64,000 bases of DNA from Dehalococcoidales bacterium (lineage in GTDB: Bacteria; Chloroflexota; Dehalococcoidia; Dehalococcoidales; RBG-16-60-22): contig DAOULX010000024.1 of assembly GCA_034414775.1 (NCBI GenBank), positions 24,559-88,558 on the forward strand, in the 5' to 3' direction. The notes beneath the pieces were generated by a model. It saw nothing but the letters and a program-made list of their open reading frames with translations, was not told the DNA's origin and searched no databases. Positions 17,819 through 28,462 of this stretch are shown piece by piece (position 1 is the first letter of the stretch; each line of letters starts with the position of its first letter). Made by a program: the position numbers and the translations under genes.

Positions 17819-18622
17819 GTGAAAAGAGTAGTCGTCAGGCGGGTTACCCGGCCGGGGGCAATCTCCCGGTACCGGCAACCCGATGGTGGAATGCCGGAAG
17901 GGATTTCTATCAAACAATTTGATCCCACTATGCTTGAACTCGGTGATCTTAGTGCCCCCTGCCAGGAAAAAGAGGCCATTACCGCTGTCTTTGACCTGAC
18001 CGGCTTTACGATGTTCTGCAATCAGGTGGATGCTTACCTGGGGATTCCCCGCTTCCTTTCCGATTTCCTGGACTGGATCTTTACCAGTATTAAGATACGG
18101 ATGACGGCTAAAGAAGCCGGCGGCCGTAATGCATTGTGGGCGGAGATTCCCTTGATGGTGAAGTTCCTGGGTGATGGTATCCTTATCCTCTGGAACGCCC
18201 GTCGCATGTCCGAAGACCAAATTTGCCGTATCGTGACCAGCCTTTACGATATTACCCGTGCTTACCAGCGTGACTTTTATCCCCGCATAAGTATGGTTGT
18301 CAACAAACCTCCTGGTATTCTCCGGTGCGGTATGGCCCGCGGCAAGGTCTTCAGTGTAGGTGGGGGCAGAGATTACGTCGGCCACTGTGTTAATCACGCT
18401 ACCCGGCTTTCCCATCTTGGCCTGTCGTTCTGTTTCCCACACCGCGGTTTTCAGGTACGAGAATATATGCCACCGAAATACCGCCCTATATTTGTGCCCA
18501 AGGCGGTCTCCATTCGCGGAGTCGGTGATAACGAGCTGGTGTGGGTAGTAAGGGAGGAGTTCGACCACATGCCACTTGAAAATAAAGCTATGTTTCGAAA
18601 TCCAGCTAATATAGGAGTATAG
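17819..18622 (+). CDS. Stand-alone class III nucleotide (adenylate-type) cyclase
   Basis: VFDLTGFT, VKFLGDG, DYVGHCVNHATRL (metal Asp x2, Lys/Asp specificity pair, N-x3-R); start uncertain (GTG 17819 or a later ATG). Confidence 0.75.
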   Translation: MKRVVVRRVTRPGAISRYRQPDGGMPEGISIKQFDPTMLELGDLSAPCQEKEAITAVFDLTGFTMFCNQVDAYLGIPRFLSDFLDWIFTSIKIRMTAKEAGGRNALWAEIPLMVKFLGDGILILWNARRMSEDQICRIVTSLYDITRAYQRDFYPRISMVVNKPPGILRCGMARGKVFSVGGGRDYVGHCVNHATRLSHLGLSFCFPHRGFQVREYMPPKYRPIFVPKAVSIRGVGDNELVWVVREEFDHMPLENKAMFRNPANIGV

Positions 18623-18671
18623 AACGCACCGACGAACAAGTGGAAATGGTTTGAGAAATGAGGAAAAGCCT

Positions 18672-19814
18672 ATGATGACAGTTGAAGAGAAATCTCCCAA
18701 GGCTCCAGCGATTGCCGGGCGTATCGAGAGGGAAAACAGGACAAGACTGGAGCTAGTCTATGAAGTCAGCAAAAAGATAGGTTCGGTGCCGCGGGTGACC
18801 CAGATGCTGGAGCATGTCATCAAAATGACCCAGCAAACTTTGGGGGCCTCGGCGGCCTCTATTCTCCTGTTCCGTAACAACGACCAAGAATTATATTTCG
18901 AAGTGGCTTCCGGCCCGGTAAGTAAAGCTCTACGGCAGGTTAAGCTGAATACCCAGTATGGTATCGCCGGTCAGGTGGCGCGGACCGGCAAGCCTATCAT
19001 CGTCAATGATGCCTGCCGCAGTCCTAATTTCCACAAGATGATTGATGACACCACCGGCTTTGACACTAAGTCACTGATATGCGCCCCCCTTGCCACTCCG
19101 CACAAGATTCTGGGCGTCATCGAGGTGCTTAATAAACGGGACGGGACCGAGTTCGGCGATCAGGACCTGGAGGCTGTGATTTCGGTGGCGAATACCGCGG
19201 CGATGGCCATTGAAAACACCCGCCTGCACCAATCTGTTTCCGAGGCGTACACCGGGACGATAAAAGCACTCGCGGCGGCCATTGATGCTAAAGATCCCTA
19301 TACCCGCGGCCATTCCCAGCGGGTCATGGAATACTCGATGCTTACCGGTGGCTATCTTTCTATGGATCGCGATGATATGGAAACCCTGGAGTTTGCGGCC
19401 ATTCTTCACGATGTGGGTAAAATCGCCGTTGATTCTGAGATCCTGAACAAGCCGGCGGCTTTAAACGAAGCAGAATGGGAGAGGATACATGAGCATCCCG
19501 TCATCGGGGCCAACATCCTGAGGAGCGTACCCTTCCTCGAGCGGGCCAGCGAACTGGTGCTTTGTCATCACGAGAGATTTAATGGTCAGGGATACCCCAA
19601 CGGATTGAAGGGCGAAGACATTCCCCTCGGTGCCAGGATCATCGCCGTGGCTGACGCCTTCGATACCATGACCACAGACCGTTCTTACCGGCCAGCTATG
19701 CCTGTCGAACAGGCTGTCAAGGAGCTCAATAGCTGCTCGGGTGGCCAGTTCTGCCCTGAAGCCGTTAAGGGATTCGTGTCCGGCTTACGCCTGCATACCA
19801 ATAAATACCAATAA
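18672..19814 (+). CDS. GAF plus HD-GYP domain phosphodiesterase
   Basis: GAF (GIAGQVARTG, SLICAPL, GVIEVLNK); KDPYTRGHSQRV, LHDVGK, HHERFNGQGYP, ADAFDTMT. Confidence 0.92.
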   Translation: MMTVEEKSPKAPAIAGRIERENRTRLELVYEVSKKIGSVPRVTQMLEHVIKMTQQTLGASAASILLFRNNDQELYFEVASGPVSKALRQVKLNTQYGIAGQVARTGKPIIVNDACRSPNFHKMIDDTTGFDTKSLICAPLATPHKILGVIEVLNKRDGTEFGDQDLEAVISVANTAAMAIENTRLHQSVSEAYTGTIKALAAAIDAKDPYTRGHSQRVMEYSMLTGGYLSMDRDDMETLEFAAILHDVGKIAVDSEILNKPAALNEAEWERIHEHPVIGANILRSVPFLERASELVLCHHERFNGQGYPNGLKGEDIPLGARIIAVADAFDTMTTDRSYRPAMPVEQAVKELNSCSGGQFCPEAVKGFVSGLRLHTNKYQ

Positions 19815-19856
19815 ACAATACTATACTATAGCCTCCGGACGGGGAGGTATTAGAAA

Positions 19857-20627
19857 ATGAAAATTCGCATTCTAGGCGCCCATAACTGCGAATCACGGGT
19901 GACCAGCTGCATCTCCTTCCTGATCGACGGCACCCTGGCAGTCGAGGCTGGAAGTCTTACTTCGCATCTCTCCTTAGAAGAACAACAGCAACTTAATGCG
20001 GTCGTACTCACTCACGAACACCTCGACCATATCCGGGATATCCCGGGTATTGCCCTGAATCTCTACCGCTACCGCCGCGGCATCGATATATATACTACGG
20101 CCAGGGTTTGCGATACCATTACCACGCATCTGCTTAACGGCCGGGTATACCCGGAGTTCCAGAAGATTCCCGCCCGGAAGCCCACGGTGAGATTTGGTCT
20201 CGTCGAGCCGCTGGTTTCGCAAAGGGTTGACGGGCATAGCATCCTACCGGTGCCCGTTAACCACAGCAGCGCGACCGTCGGCTATCAGATCACCGATAAC
20301 GAAGGTAGCTCTGCCTTTTATACCGCGGATACCGGCCCGGGCTTACTTGAATGCTGGCGGCATATTGCGCCAAAACTCCTGCTGGTTGATGTTACCCTCC
20401 CGGACGATTGCATAAACTATGCGCTAAAGACCGGTCACCTGACCCCTGGCTTGCTCGAAAAGGAGCTACTCGACTTCCAAGACTGTCACGGTTATCTGCC
20501 CCGGGTTATCGTTGTCCATATGGACTTCAGCCGCGAGGATAAGCTGAAAGAAGAGCTCGACGCTTTAGCCGAAAGGCTCGATATCCCGATTACCATGGCC
20601 CGCGAAGGCATGCAGATCACCATCTAG
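19857..20627 (+). CDS. Metallo-beta-lactamase-fold 3',5'-cyclic nucleotide phosphodiesterase (class II-like)
   Basis: MKIRILGAH, THEHLDHI, VNHS..TVGY, YTADTG, GHLTP, VVHM. Confidence 0.8.
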   Translation: MKIRILGAHNCESRVTSCISFLIDGTLAVEAGSLTSHLSLEEQQQLNAVVLTHEHLDHIRDIPGIALNLYRYRRGIDIYTTARVCDTITTHLLNGRVYPEFQKIPARKPTVRFGLVEPLVSQRVDGHSILPVPVNHSSATVGYQITDNEGSSAFYTADTGPGLLECWRHIAPKLLLVDVTLPDDCINYALKTGHLTPGLLEKELLDFQDCHGYLPRVIVVHMDFSREDKLKEELDALAERLDIPITMAREGMQITI

Positions 20628-20889
20628 AGCCTTAGTTTTAGTGTCATTCCTGCATCCCGCCTGAGACCGGTGCGTTGTAATTCCGCTGTCGCCTCCCGCA
20701 TCTGGTTTCAGTTTTTCGGTTTGAGGTCCCTTTATTTTTTTGGCGTTCGCTGTATGCCCGCTTTGTTTTCTCGTAAAGCTGAAATGTGGTAAAGTATAGA
20801 CGGTCGCGCACAGCACCGGACATATCAATCAAGAAAAAATTACGGTAATCACGAGTGTCCTGTTATCGAAGGTTTTGGAGGCAAGCTGA

Positions 20890-23715
20890 ATGACGACAGG
20901 TCCTACTGTGGCCGAAGCAAAGAAGCTGGGGACGGTTACCCTGACCATTAACGGCACTCAGGTCGAGGTAAAAGAGGGGGCGACGGTACTCGAAGCAGCC
21001 CGCCAGGCCGGTATCTATATACCCACCCTGTGCTATTTCCCGGACCTGGAGAACTACGGAGGCTGCCGGCTGTGCATCGTGGAGATAGACAAGATGCGCG
21101 GATTGCCTACCGCCTGCACCACGCCGGCTATCGATGGAATGAACGTGACCACGGAATCGCCCAGGATTAACGAGGTGCGACGGTCGACTCTCGAATTGAT
21201 CCTTTCCGCCCACCCCTGCGATTGTCTGGAATGCCACCGGCGCCAGCGTTGCGGGCCTTATGATGTCTGCCTGCGCCATGTCAGCGTAACCGACCGCTGC
21301 GTCACCTGCCCCGCCAACGGGGACTGCGAGCTCCAGCAGGTAGTCGATTACCTCGGTGTCCATACGCTGAGTATACCGAGGGATACCACGCCGCGGGTCA
21401 TCGATGACAGCAATCCGTTCTTTGAACTCGACCGCAATCGATGTATTCTCTGCTCCCGCTGTACCCGCGCCTGCCAGGAGATTACGTGCGTCGGCGCCAT
21501 CGAGATGGCCTACCGCGGTTATGAAATGAAAGTAGCTACCTTCGGCGATGGTACCCTGATGGATTCCATCTGCCGCTCCTGCGGCGAGTGCATGGTGCGT
21601 TGCCCGGTAGGGGCGATGATCCCCAGGGATACCGTTCGTCCGGAGTACGAAGTCAAGACGGTCTGCCCGTATTGTGGCGTCGGCTGCTCGATGTACCTGG
21701 GTGTTAAAGACGGCCGGATAACCGGCGTCCGCGGTGATCCCGAGGGCGAAGCCAACCACGGCAAGCTCTGCGTCAAGGGTCGCTTCGGTATCGCTGAGTT
21801 TGTCAATCATAAGGACCGCCTGACCACACCCCTTATCAGGAGAAATGGCCGATTGGAAGAGGCTTCCTGGGACGAGGCGCTTGACCTGGTCGCCCGTGAA
21901 CTGGGTAAGTACCGCGGTGACGAAGTGGGTGTGATAACATCGGCCAAGGCCACCAACGAAGATAATTACGTCATGCAGAAATTCGCCCGGGCGGTTCTGG
22001 GCACGAATAACGTCGACCACTGTGCCCGTCTCTGACATTCCCCCACTGTGGCCGGTCTGGTCACATCGTTCGGCAGCGGGGCCATGACGAACTCCATCGA
22101 TGACTTCAGCGAGGCCAGGTGCATCCTGGCCATCGGCACCAACACCTCGGAGGCCCATCCGATAATCGGGATGAATATCCGCCAGGCTATGCGCCAGGGA
22201 AAGACGGAGCTCATCATCGCCAATCCCCTGGAAATCCCCCTGGTGAGAGACGGCGGTCTCTGGCTCCAGCATCGCGCCGGGACGGACGTCGTCCTGCTGA
22301 TGGGGATGATGAAGGTAGTCGTCGAGGAAGGGCTGGAAGATACCGATTTTATTCAAAAGCGCTGTGAGAACTTCGATTCGTTCCGCAAATCCCTCGATGA
22401 CTATCCTATCGAGATGGTCGAAAAGATTACCGGTGTTCCGGCCGAGAAGATAGCCCAGGCTGCCCGTACGTACGCCACCACTAAGCCGGCGGCTATCCTT
22501 TATACCATGGGCATCACCCAGCACACGCACGGTACCGATAATGTGATGGCCTTAGCCAACCTGGCCATGCTTACCGGAAATATCGGCAAGCCCGGTTCCG
22601 GAGTCAATCCGTTGCGGGGCCAGAATAACGTCCAGGGCGCCTGCGATATGGGAGCGCTGCCCAATGTCTATCCGGGTTATCAATCTGTAGCCGATGAAAA
22701 AATTAAGGAGAAGTTCGAGGCGGCATGGGGTGCGACGCTGAATCCCACGCCTGGAAAGACCCTGACCGAGATTATGCCCCTGGCCCACGAAGGAAAAATA
22801 AAAGCCATGTACCTAATAGGCGAAAATCCATCGCTTAGCGATCCGGACTCGAAGCATATCCGTGAGGCCATGGAGCGGCTCGAGTTCTTCGTCGTTCAGG
22901 ATATTTTCCTCTCCGAGACGGCGCAATACGCCGATGTCGTCCTGCCGGCTACCAGCTTCGCCGAAAAGGAAGGGACTTTCAGCAATACCGAGCGCCGCGT
23001 GCAGCGGGTAAGGAAGGCCATCGAGCCGGTTGGCGATAGCCGGCCGGACTGGTGGATTACCTGCGAGATTGCCCGGCGCATGGGAGCGAAGGGATTCGAC
23101 TTTGCTGGTCCTTCGGAGATAATGGACGAGATAGCCCGCGTTACTCCGAGCTATGGCGGTATCAGCTTCGAACGCCTTGAAGAGGGGGGCCTGCAGTGGC
23201 CCTGCCCCACCCCGGAGCATCCCGGTACGGCTATCCTTCATACCGAGATTTTCAGCCGGGGAAAAGGGCATTTCGTGCCCTTGGTCTACCGGCCGCCGGC
23301 GGAGGTTCCTGACGCCGAGTACCCGCTGGTGCTGACCACCAACCGCAGTCTCTTTCATTTTCATACCGGTACAATGACCCGGAGGGTCAATGGGCTCAAT
23401 ATCTTCCGTGGCGAAGAGCTTGTGGCCATCAATCCTGCTGATGCCGATGAACTTGGCATCGCCGATGGTCAGATGGTCGAGGTGACCTCACGTCGTGGTG
23501 CCGTAACAGCCAAGGCCCTGGTCACCGAAGCCTCGCCGAAGGGGACTATCGCCATGACCTTCCATTTCGCAGAGAGCCCTACCAATGAACTGACCAATCC
23601 TGCTTTTGATCCTGTGGCCAAGATACCGGAGTTCAAGGTCGCCGCGGTTAGAGTCAGTCCCATTAAATCTCAGCGGGAAGACAAAGCAAAGGCTCCGGCG
23701 CCGGTCGGTAAATAA
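20890..23715 (+). CDS. fdhF: Selenocysteine-containing formate dehydrogenase alpha subunit (Mo/W-bisPGD), 941 aa
   Basis: ORFs 20890-22035 and 22048-23715 are in one frame joined by TGA 22033-22035 in VDHCARL-U-HSPTVAGL; N-terminal 2Fe-2S/4Fe-4S domains, CPYCGVGC, LRGQNNVQG, PATSFAEKEGTFSN. Confidence 0.95.
22047..22065 (+). promoter_or_regulatory. Bacterial SECIS hairpin
   Basis: Stem TGTGGCC/GGTCACA with GGTCT loop, beginning after an 11-nt spacer from the UGA, as in E. coli fdhF. Confidence 0.85.
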
Positions 23716-23848
23716 TAAGCTTCGATGACCCTGAGAACGTAAACGCCCCATTATGCTGCCGGAATCTCTTTGTACCCTCAGACAGGCGCGGAACCCTGGT
23801 GGTCTTTCCCGTGTAAAATGTACCGGGTCGAAGACTGAGCCGTTGCGG

Positions 23849-24838
23849 CTACACCCGGATGCAGGCTACTTCGTGATCGTCGCCGATGTCCCGTAGCGGC
23901 GGTACCGCCTGGCTGCACTCCGGAATGGCCATGAAGCAGCGCGGGTGGAAGCTACAGCCCGGGGGCGGATTCAACGGGCTGGGTACCTCGCCCTTGAGGA
24001 TGATACGCTCTCGAGTTTCTTCGGTGACCGGATCGGCGATAGGCACGGCTGACAGCAGGGCCCTGGTGTAGGGGTGGAGTGGATTCTCGTAGAGGACACG
24101 TGCTTTACAGATTTCCACAATACGTCCCAGGTACATCACGGCCACGCGATCACTGATGTGCCGTACCACAGACAGGTCGTGGGCGATGAATAGGTAGCTG
24201 AGTTCCTTGGCGCTGTCCTGGAGCTGCTCCAGCAGGTTGATGATCTGTGCCTGGATGGACACATCCAGGGCGGAAATGGGTTCGTCGCAGACGATGAGCG
24301 AGGGATTACAGGCCAGGGCGCGTGCCACACCGATACGTTGCCTCTGGCCTCCGGAGAACTCGTGAGGAAACCGGTCGGACATGCTCGGGTCCAGACCGAC
24401 GACACGGAACAGTTGCTCGACGCGGTCGTTGTACTCCCCCTTTGAGGCGACCATCTGGTGGATGACGAGTGGCTCGCCGACGATGCTGCCGGCGCTCTGG
24501 CGTGGGTCGAGTGAGCTGTAAGGGTCCTGGAAAATGAGAGCCATCTGGCTGCGAATCTCGCGGAGCTTCTTCTCCGGATATCTAACGATGTCCTCCCCGT
24601 TAAAGATAATCTTTCCTTCCGTCGCCCGGTAGAGACCGAGGACGCAGCGACCGATAGTGGTCTTACCGCAGCCGCTTTCCCCGACCAAACCCAGGGTCTC
24701 GTCCTTCTTTAATTTGAAATTAACGCCATCGACCGCTTTAACATCGGCCACCTTCCGGCGTAACAGGCCGCGTGTGACGGGGAAGTACATTTTCAGCTCC
24801 TGGACGTCCAGGATGTTGCCATTTGATTTTTGGCTCAC
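23849..24838 (-). CDS. oppF: Oligopeptide/dipeptide ABC transporter ATPase (OppF/AppF)
   Basis: [31 protein letters not shown]-terminal CSFHPRC. Confidence 0.93.
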   Translation of the reverse strand: MSQKSNGNILDVQELKMYFPVTRGLLRRKVADVKAVDGVNFKLKKDETLGLVGESGCGKTTIGRCVLGLYRATEGKIIFNGEDIVRYPEKKLREIRSQMALIFQDPYSSLDPRQSAGSIVGEPLVIHQMVASKGEYNDRVEQLFRVVGLDPSMSDRFPHEFSGGQRQRIGVARALACNPSLIVCDEPISALDVSIQAQIINLLEQLQDSAKELSYLFIAHDLSVVRHISDRVAVMYLGRIVEICKARVLYENPLHPYTRALLSAVPIADPVTEETRERIILKGEVPSPLNPPPGCSFHPRCFMAIPECSQAVPPLRDIGDDHEVACIRV

Positions 24839-25830
24839 TTCTTGTTTACCCCCTTGGTGTCAGCATAGCACCGGATGAAGTGGTTATCGCCGTCCACTGG
24901 GGCGAGCTCCGGCCAGGGATCCCTCATACATTGCTCGATCTTGAGAGGGCACCTGGGCAGGAAAGCGCAAGTCCGGGGCATGTTAATCAGGTTGGGAGGA
25001 AGCCCCTCGATGGGGACCAGTTTCCTGCCTTCCTCCTCATCGAGCCGGGGTATGCAACGGAGAAGGCCCATGGTATAGGGATGGCGGGGCTCGGCAAAGA
25101 TGTCTTTGGTGGTACCGGACTCGACGATGCGGCCGGCGTACATGATATAAATCCTCTTGGCGTAACGCGCCACGACGCCCAGGTTATGGGTAACGATGAC
25201 CAGAGAAGCGCGAAAACGCTGCACCATGTCCCGCATCATCTCGAGGAGCTGGGCCTGGGTAGTAACATCCAAAGCGGTGGTCGGCTCGTCGGCGATGAGG
25301 ATCTTGGGATTGCATGACAGCCCCATGGCAATCATCACCCTCTGCCGCATACCGCCGGAGAAGTGGTGAGGGTAATCATCGATTCGGCTCTCCGCGCTGG
25401 GTATGCCGACCAGCGACATGAGTTCGATGGCCCTTTTCCGGGCGGCTTCATCGTTCATCTTCATGTGCAGCGAGAGCATTTCGGTTAGCTGCTGGCCGAT
25501 AGTAAGCACCGGGTTGAGCGATGTCATAGGTTCCTGGAAGATCATGGCTATCTTGGCGCCGCGGATGGAGCGCATCTGGGGGCCATTGGCTTCATACTTG
25601 AGGAGGTCTTGTCCTTCGAAATTAACCGCACCGCTGACTATCTCGCCGGGGGCACTGATAAGCTGCATGATGGAAAGCTGACTAACGGACTTGCCGCAGC
25701 CGCTCTCCCCCACCAGGCCGATGATTTCCTGCTCGTTAATATAATAGGAAACGCCATCGACAGCTTTTACCAGGCCGCTCTCGGTCTTGAACTGTGTCTG
25801 GAGGTTTTCTACTTTAAGAAGTTCTGCCAT
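24835..25830 (-). CDS. oppD: Oligopeptide/dipeptide ABC transporter ATPase (OppD/AppD)
   Basis: [36 protein letters not shown]. Confidence 0.93.
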   Translation of the reverse strand: MAELLKVENLQTQFKTESGLVKAVDGVSYYINEQEIIGLVGESGCGKSVSQLSIMQLISAPGEIVSGAVNFEGQDLLKYEANGPQMRSIRGAKIAMIFQEPMTSLNPVLTIGQQLTEMLSLHMKMNDEAARKRAIELMSLVGIPSAESRIDDYPHHFSGGMRQRVMIAMGLSCNPKILIADEPTTALDVTTQAQLLEMMRDMVQRFRASLVIVTHNLGVVARYAKRIYIMYAGRIVESGTTKDIFAEPRHPYTMGLLRCIPRLDEEEGRKLVPIEGLPPNLINMPRTCAFLPRCPLKIEQCMRDPWPELAPVDGDNHFIRCYADTKGVNKK

Positions 25831-25844
25831 ATTGCCCTCTACCA

Positions 25845-26019
25845 TTATAATAATCCCCTTAGCCTGGGGTCAAGAGCGTCTCGGAGACCATCTCCCACCG
25901 TATTAATTGCGAAGACGACGCACATAGTGGCGAGGCTGGGAGCGAAGGGAAGCCATGGATTGCTCAGTAGGTACCTGTAACCGTCGAAGACCATGGCGCC
26001 CCAGGCCGCCCCCGGCGAG
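25845..26019 (-). pseudogene. oppC: 3' remnant of an OppC/DppC permease gene
   Basis: SPGAAWGAMVFDGYRYLLSNPWL...VFAINTVGDGLRDALDPRLRG matches the OppC C-terminus; resemblance stops at about 26020. Confidence 0.8.
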
Positions 26020-26033
26020 TGAGCACGGCGACT

Positions 26034-26063
26034 ATTATATATTCCTGTAATTCGAAATGTCAA
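26034..26063 (-). promoter_or_regulatory. Consensus sigma70 promoter reading into the oppC remnant and oppDF
   Basis: TTGACA (26063-26058), 18 nt, TATAAT (26039-26034). Confidence 0.65.
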
Positions 26064-26231
26064 GATTTTCCACAATTGGGCCGTTTTCTGCCCCGTCCAA
26101 GGCAACACCACGACTTTTTGACTTGTACAAAGATTTTTCAATGAAGTCAAATATTCGGAACAAATATACTCGGGGGAACTTGCCAGCCACGCTCACAAAT
26201 TGTATCATTAAAATTGCTGGAGCCTCAAAAT

Positions 26232-27254
26232 ATGGCTGCGGTTTTTCAAATGCGCAAAGAACTGGTTCCTCCCGGTCTGACATATCTCGCCGATAACATC
26301 GTCACCCGGCAGAATATCCTTGGCGTTACCAAGGAGCAGAGCGCCCGTTGGGCGCGCGGTCTGGGACTGCCGCGTCAGGGCGAGACCGTTTTTTTTGCCG
26401 GTTGCGGCTACCAGTTCTCTTCCCAGCTCGAAGTGTTGACCACGCTGAGCCGCCGCGTCGATAAGAGCGTCATCGGCGCGGAACTCCCGATGCGGTTCGC
26501 CCGGTTTCAGAAGAAATTGGGCCTTAACCTGCCGGGAATATATAGCAATGTTATTTCTCAGGGTGCAAATGGCACGGCGCCACCGCTGGAGGCTGCCATC
26601 AGGGTGCTGCGTTTCCTGGGAATACAGCCGGCCTACCTGGCCGAGGAAGAGCCATGCTGCGGGGCACCTCTCAACCAAGCCGGGCTTCAGAAACAGTTCG
26701 CGGAGAACGCGCGCCAGGCCTATCGGAAGCTCAATTCCGCCGGAGTCAAACGGATTATCGGCATCGTGCCTTACTGTACCCACGCTATCTCTCGCCTGTT
26801 TCCCAAATATGTGGGGGGCTATGACCTGGAGGTCAGGCATTTCATCGAGGTCGTCGCCGAAAAAATATCGGCACATCGGTTCAAGTACCCGCGCAGGGTC
26901 AGGGTCACGTATCATGATCCATGCCAGTTGGTACGCTTCTTGAGCCTGATCGAAGAGCCGCGTCGGATATTGAAATCCATCGAGAATATCGAGCTGGTCG
27001 AACCGGAGTGGACCCGGGCGGAGTGGGCGACCTGCTGCGGCGGTGGGGGTGGCTTTGAGGCGGTCTTCCCGGAGTTAAGCCAGACGCTTGGCGTGAACCG
27101 GGTCAGGGAGCTGCTGGAGACCAGCGCCGAAATAATCGTAACGCACTGCCCCGGTTGTGTTCTACAGCTGAAAGAAGGACTGAAGGAGTTAAAGGTAAAA
27201 GACGTCGAGGTACTGGACCTGGCCCAGGTGATTGCCGCGGCGATAGAGACATGA
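26232..27254 (+). CDS. CCG-domain Fe-S protein (LutA/HdrB/GlpC-like)
   Basis: FFAGC, EPCCG, PYC, YHDPC, TCCGGGG, THCPGC; start uncertain. Confidence 0.85.
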   Translation: MAAVFQMRKELVPPGLTYLADNIVTRQNILGVTKEQSARWARGLGLPRQGETVFFAGCGYQFSSQLEVLTTLSRRVDKSVIGAELPMRFARFQKKLGLNLPGIYSNVISQGANGTAPPLEAAIRVLRFLGIQPAYLAEEEPCCGAPLNQAGLQKQFAENARQAYRKLNSAGVKRIIGIVPYCTHAISRLFPKYVGGYDLEVRHFIEVVAEKISAHRFKYPRRVRVTYHDPCQLVRFLSLIEEPRRILKSIENIELVEPEWTRAEWATCCGGGGGFEAVFPELSQTLGVNRVRELLETSAEIIVTHCPGCVLQLKEGLKELKVKDVEVLDLAQVIAAAIET

Positions 27255-28462
27255 AAAAGACCTCCGATTTCAGCAGCTATAAAAAGGAGATTATGGACGC
27301 GGCCCACGATGACCGGCTGCGGCTGGCGTTGACACGCGCCATTAAGAGTTTCCGTTCCAATGTCGATATGGCCTTGAAGAAGTTTCCTCATACCGTGGCC
27401 CTCGCTGATGAAGTCCTGGCTATCAAGGAAGCCTCTATCCCCCGTATGGAAGAGCTGGCCAGGCAAGCCATCACCGCCATCGAGGAGAACAACGGCAAAG
27501 GCTACCTTGCAAGCACGGTCGATGAAGCTTTGGAGATTATTTCCGGCCTTGTCGGCAGTGGGAAGTTGATCGTCAAGGGTAAGACAATGACCGGCGAAGA
27601 AATCGGCCTGAGGGAGCACCTCGAAGCCGTGGGTAACGAGGTCTATGAGACTGACCTGGGTGAATTCATCCTCCAGAAACTGGGTTCGCGGCCGATGCAT
27701 ATCCTCTCACCCTCAATCCACGTGCCCCGCGAGGATGTGGCCCGCCTCTTTTCCAGTGTGATCGGGCAGGGAATAACCGAGGACTCAGATATCGCCGAGA
27801 TGGTGACCGCCGCCCGGGAGTACTTACGCGACAAGTTCTTTCATGCTGATATCGGCATCAGCGGGGCAAACGTGGTCGCCGCTGAGACAGGCACACTATT
27901 CGTCATCGAAAACGAAGGTAATATCCGCCTGGCTACCGGTGCCCCCCCGATGCACATCGCACTAGTGGGTCTGGAAAAACTCGTCCCTACCATCAGCGAC
28001 GCCTATAAGGTTAGCGAGGTGGCCTGGCGTTACGCTAACTACACAGTCCCTTCTTACGTCAGTCTGATATCCGGTCCCAGCAAGACCGGTGACATTGAAA
28101 AGGTCACGACTTACGGGGTTCACGGACCCAGCCAGTTCCACGTCGTCTTCATCGATGGCGGCCGGACCCGCCTGGCCGGCTATGAACAGCTACGTCAGGC
28201 CCTTTATTGTCTGCGCTGTGGCGCCTGCCTCTACGAGTGCCCTGTGTTTGCCGTGACAGCGGGGCATTTCGGGGACAAGTATTTTACCGGTATCGGGGCC
28301 GTCTGGGCGGCCATCGTCAACGAGGATCCGGAAAAGGCGGCTTCTATCGCCTATACCTGCCTGACCTGCGGGCGTTGCCGGCAGCGTTGTCCGGTGAAAA
28401 TCGATGTGCCCGAGATGATCATCGAGCTCAGGAAGTTGTTAGCCGAAAGCGATTCAGCCTGA
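27251..28462 (+). CDS. LUD-domain lactate utilisation protein B-like (LutB/LldF)
   Basis: KGKTMTGEEI, ETDLGE..Q..P.HI..P..H, ENEGN, ISGPSKTGDIE, CLRCGACLYECP, CLTCGRC..CP. Confidence 0.88.
   Translation: MKKTSDFSSYKKEIMDAAHDDRLRLALTRAIKSFRSNVDMALKKFPHTVALADEVLAIKEASIPRMEELARQAITAIEENNGKGYLASTVDEALEIISGLVGSGKLIVKGKTMTGEEIGLREHLEAVGNEVYETDLGEFILQKLGSRPMHILSPSIHVPREDVARLFSSVIGQGITEDSDIAEMVTAAREYLRDKFFHADIGISGANVVAAETGTLFVIENEGNIRLATGAPPMHIALVGLEKLVPTISDAYKVSEVAWRYANYTVPSYVSLISGPSKTGDIEKVTTYGVHGPSQFHVVFIDGGRTRLAGYEQLRQALYCLRCGACLYECPVFAVTAGHFGDKYFTGIGAVWAAIVNEDPEKAASIAYTCLTCGRCRQRCPVKIDVPEMIIELRKLLAESDSA

Noticed and set aside
17819-20627. Cyclase locus as a Pycsar/CBASS defence system
   Set aside because: No TIR, transmembrane or nuclease effector; the neighbours degrade signals and the cyclase residues point to ATP. 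Not fully excluded without an assay
20628-20889. Riboswitch (c-di-GMP or Moco) upstream of fdh
   Set aside because: GGTCGCGCACAG resembles the start of a c-di-GMP-I aptamer, but the conserved core is absent; an Infernal/Rfam scan would settle it
20890-23715. Formate dehydrogenase as two genes or a pseudogene
   Set aside because: The stop is UGA at the catalytic Sec/Cys position and is followed by a SECIS
23720-23833. Structured ncRNA between fdh and oppF
   Set aside because: Only short imperfect inverted repeats (6+3 bp and 5 bp), and no recognisable 6S, SRP, RNase P or riboswitch motif
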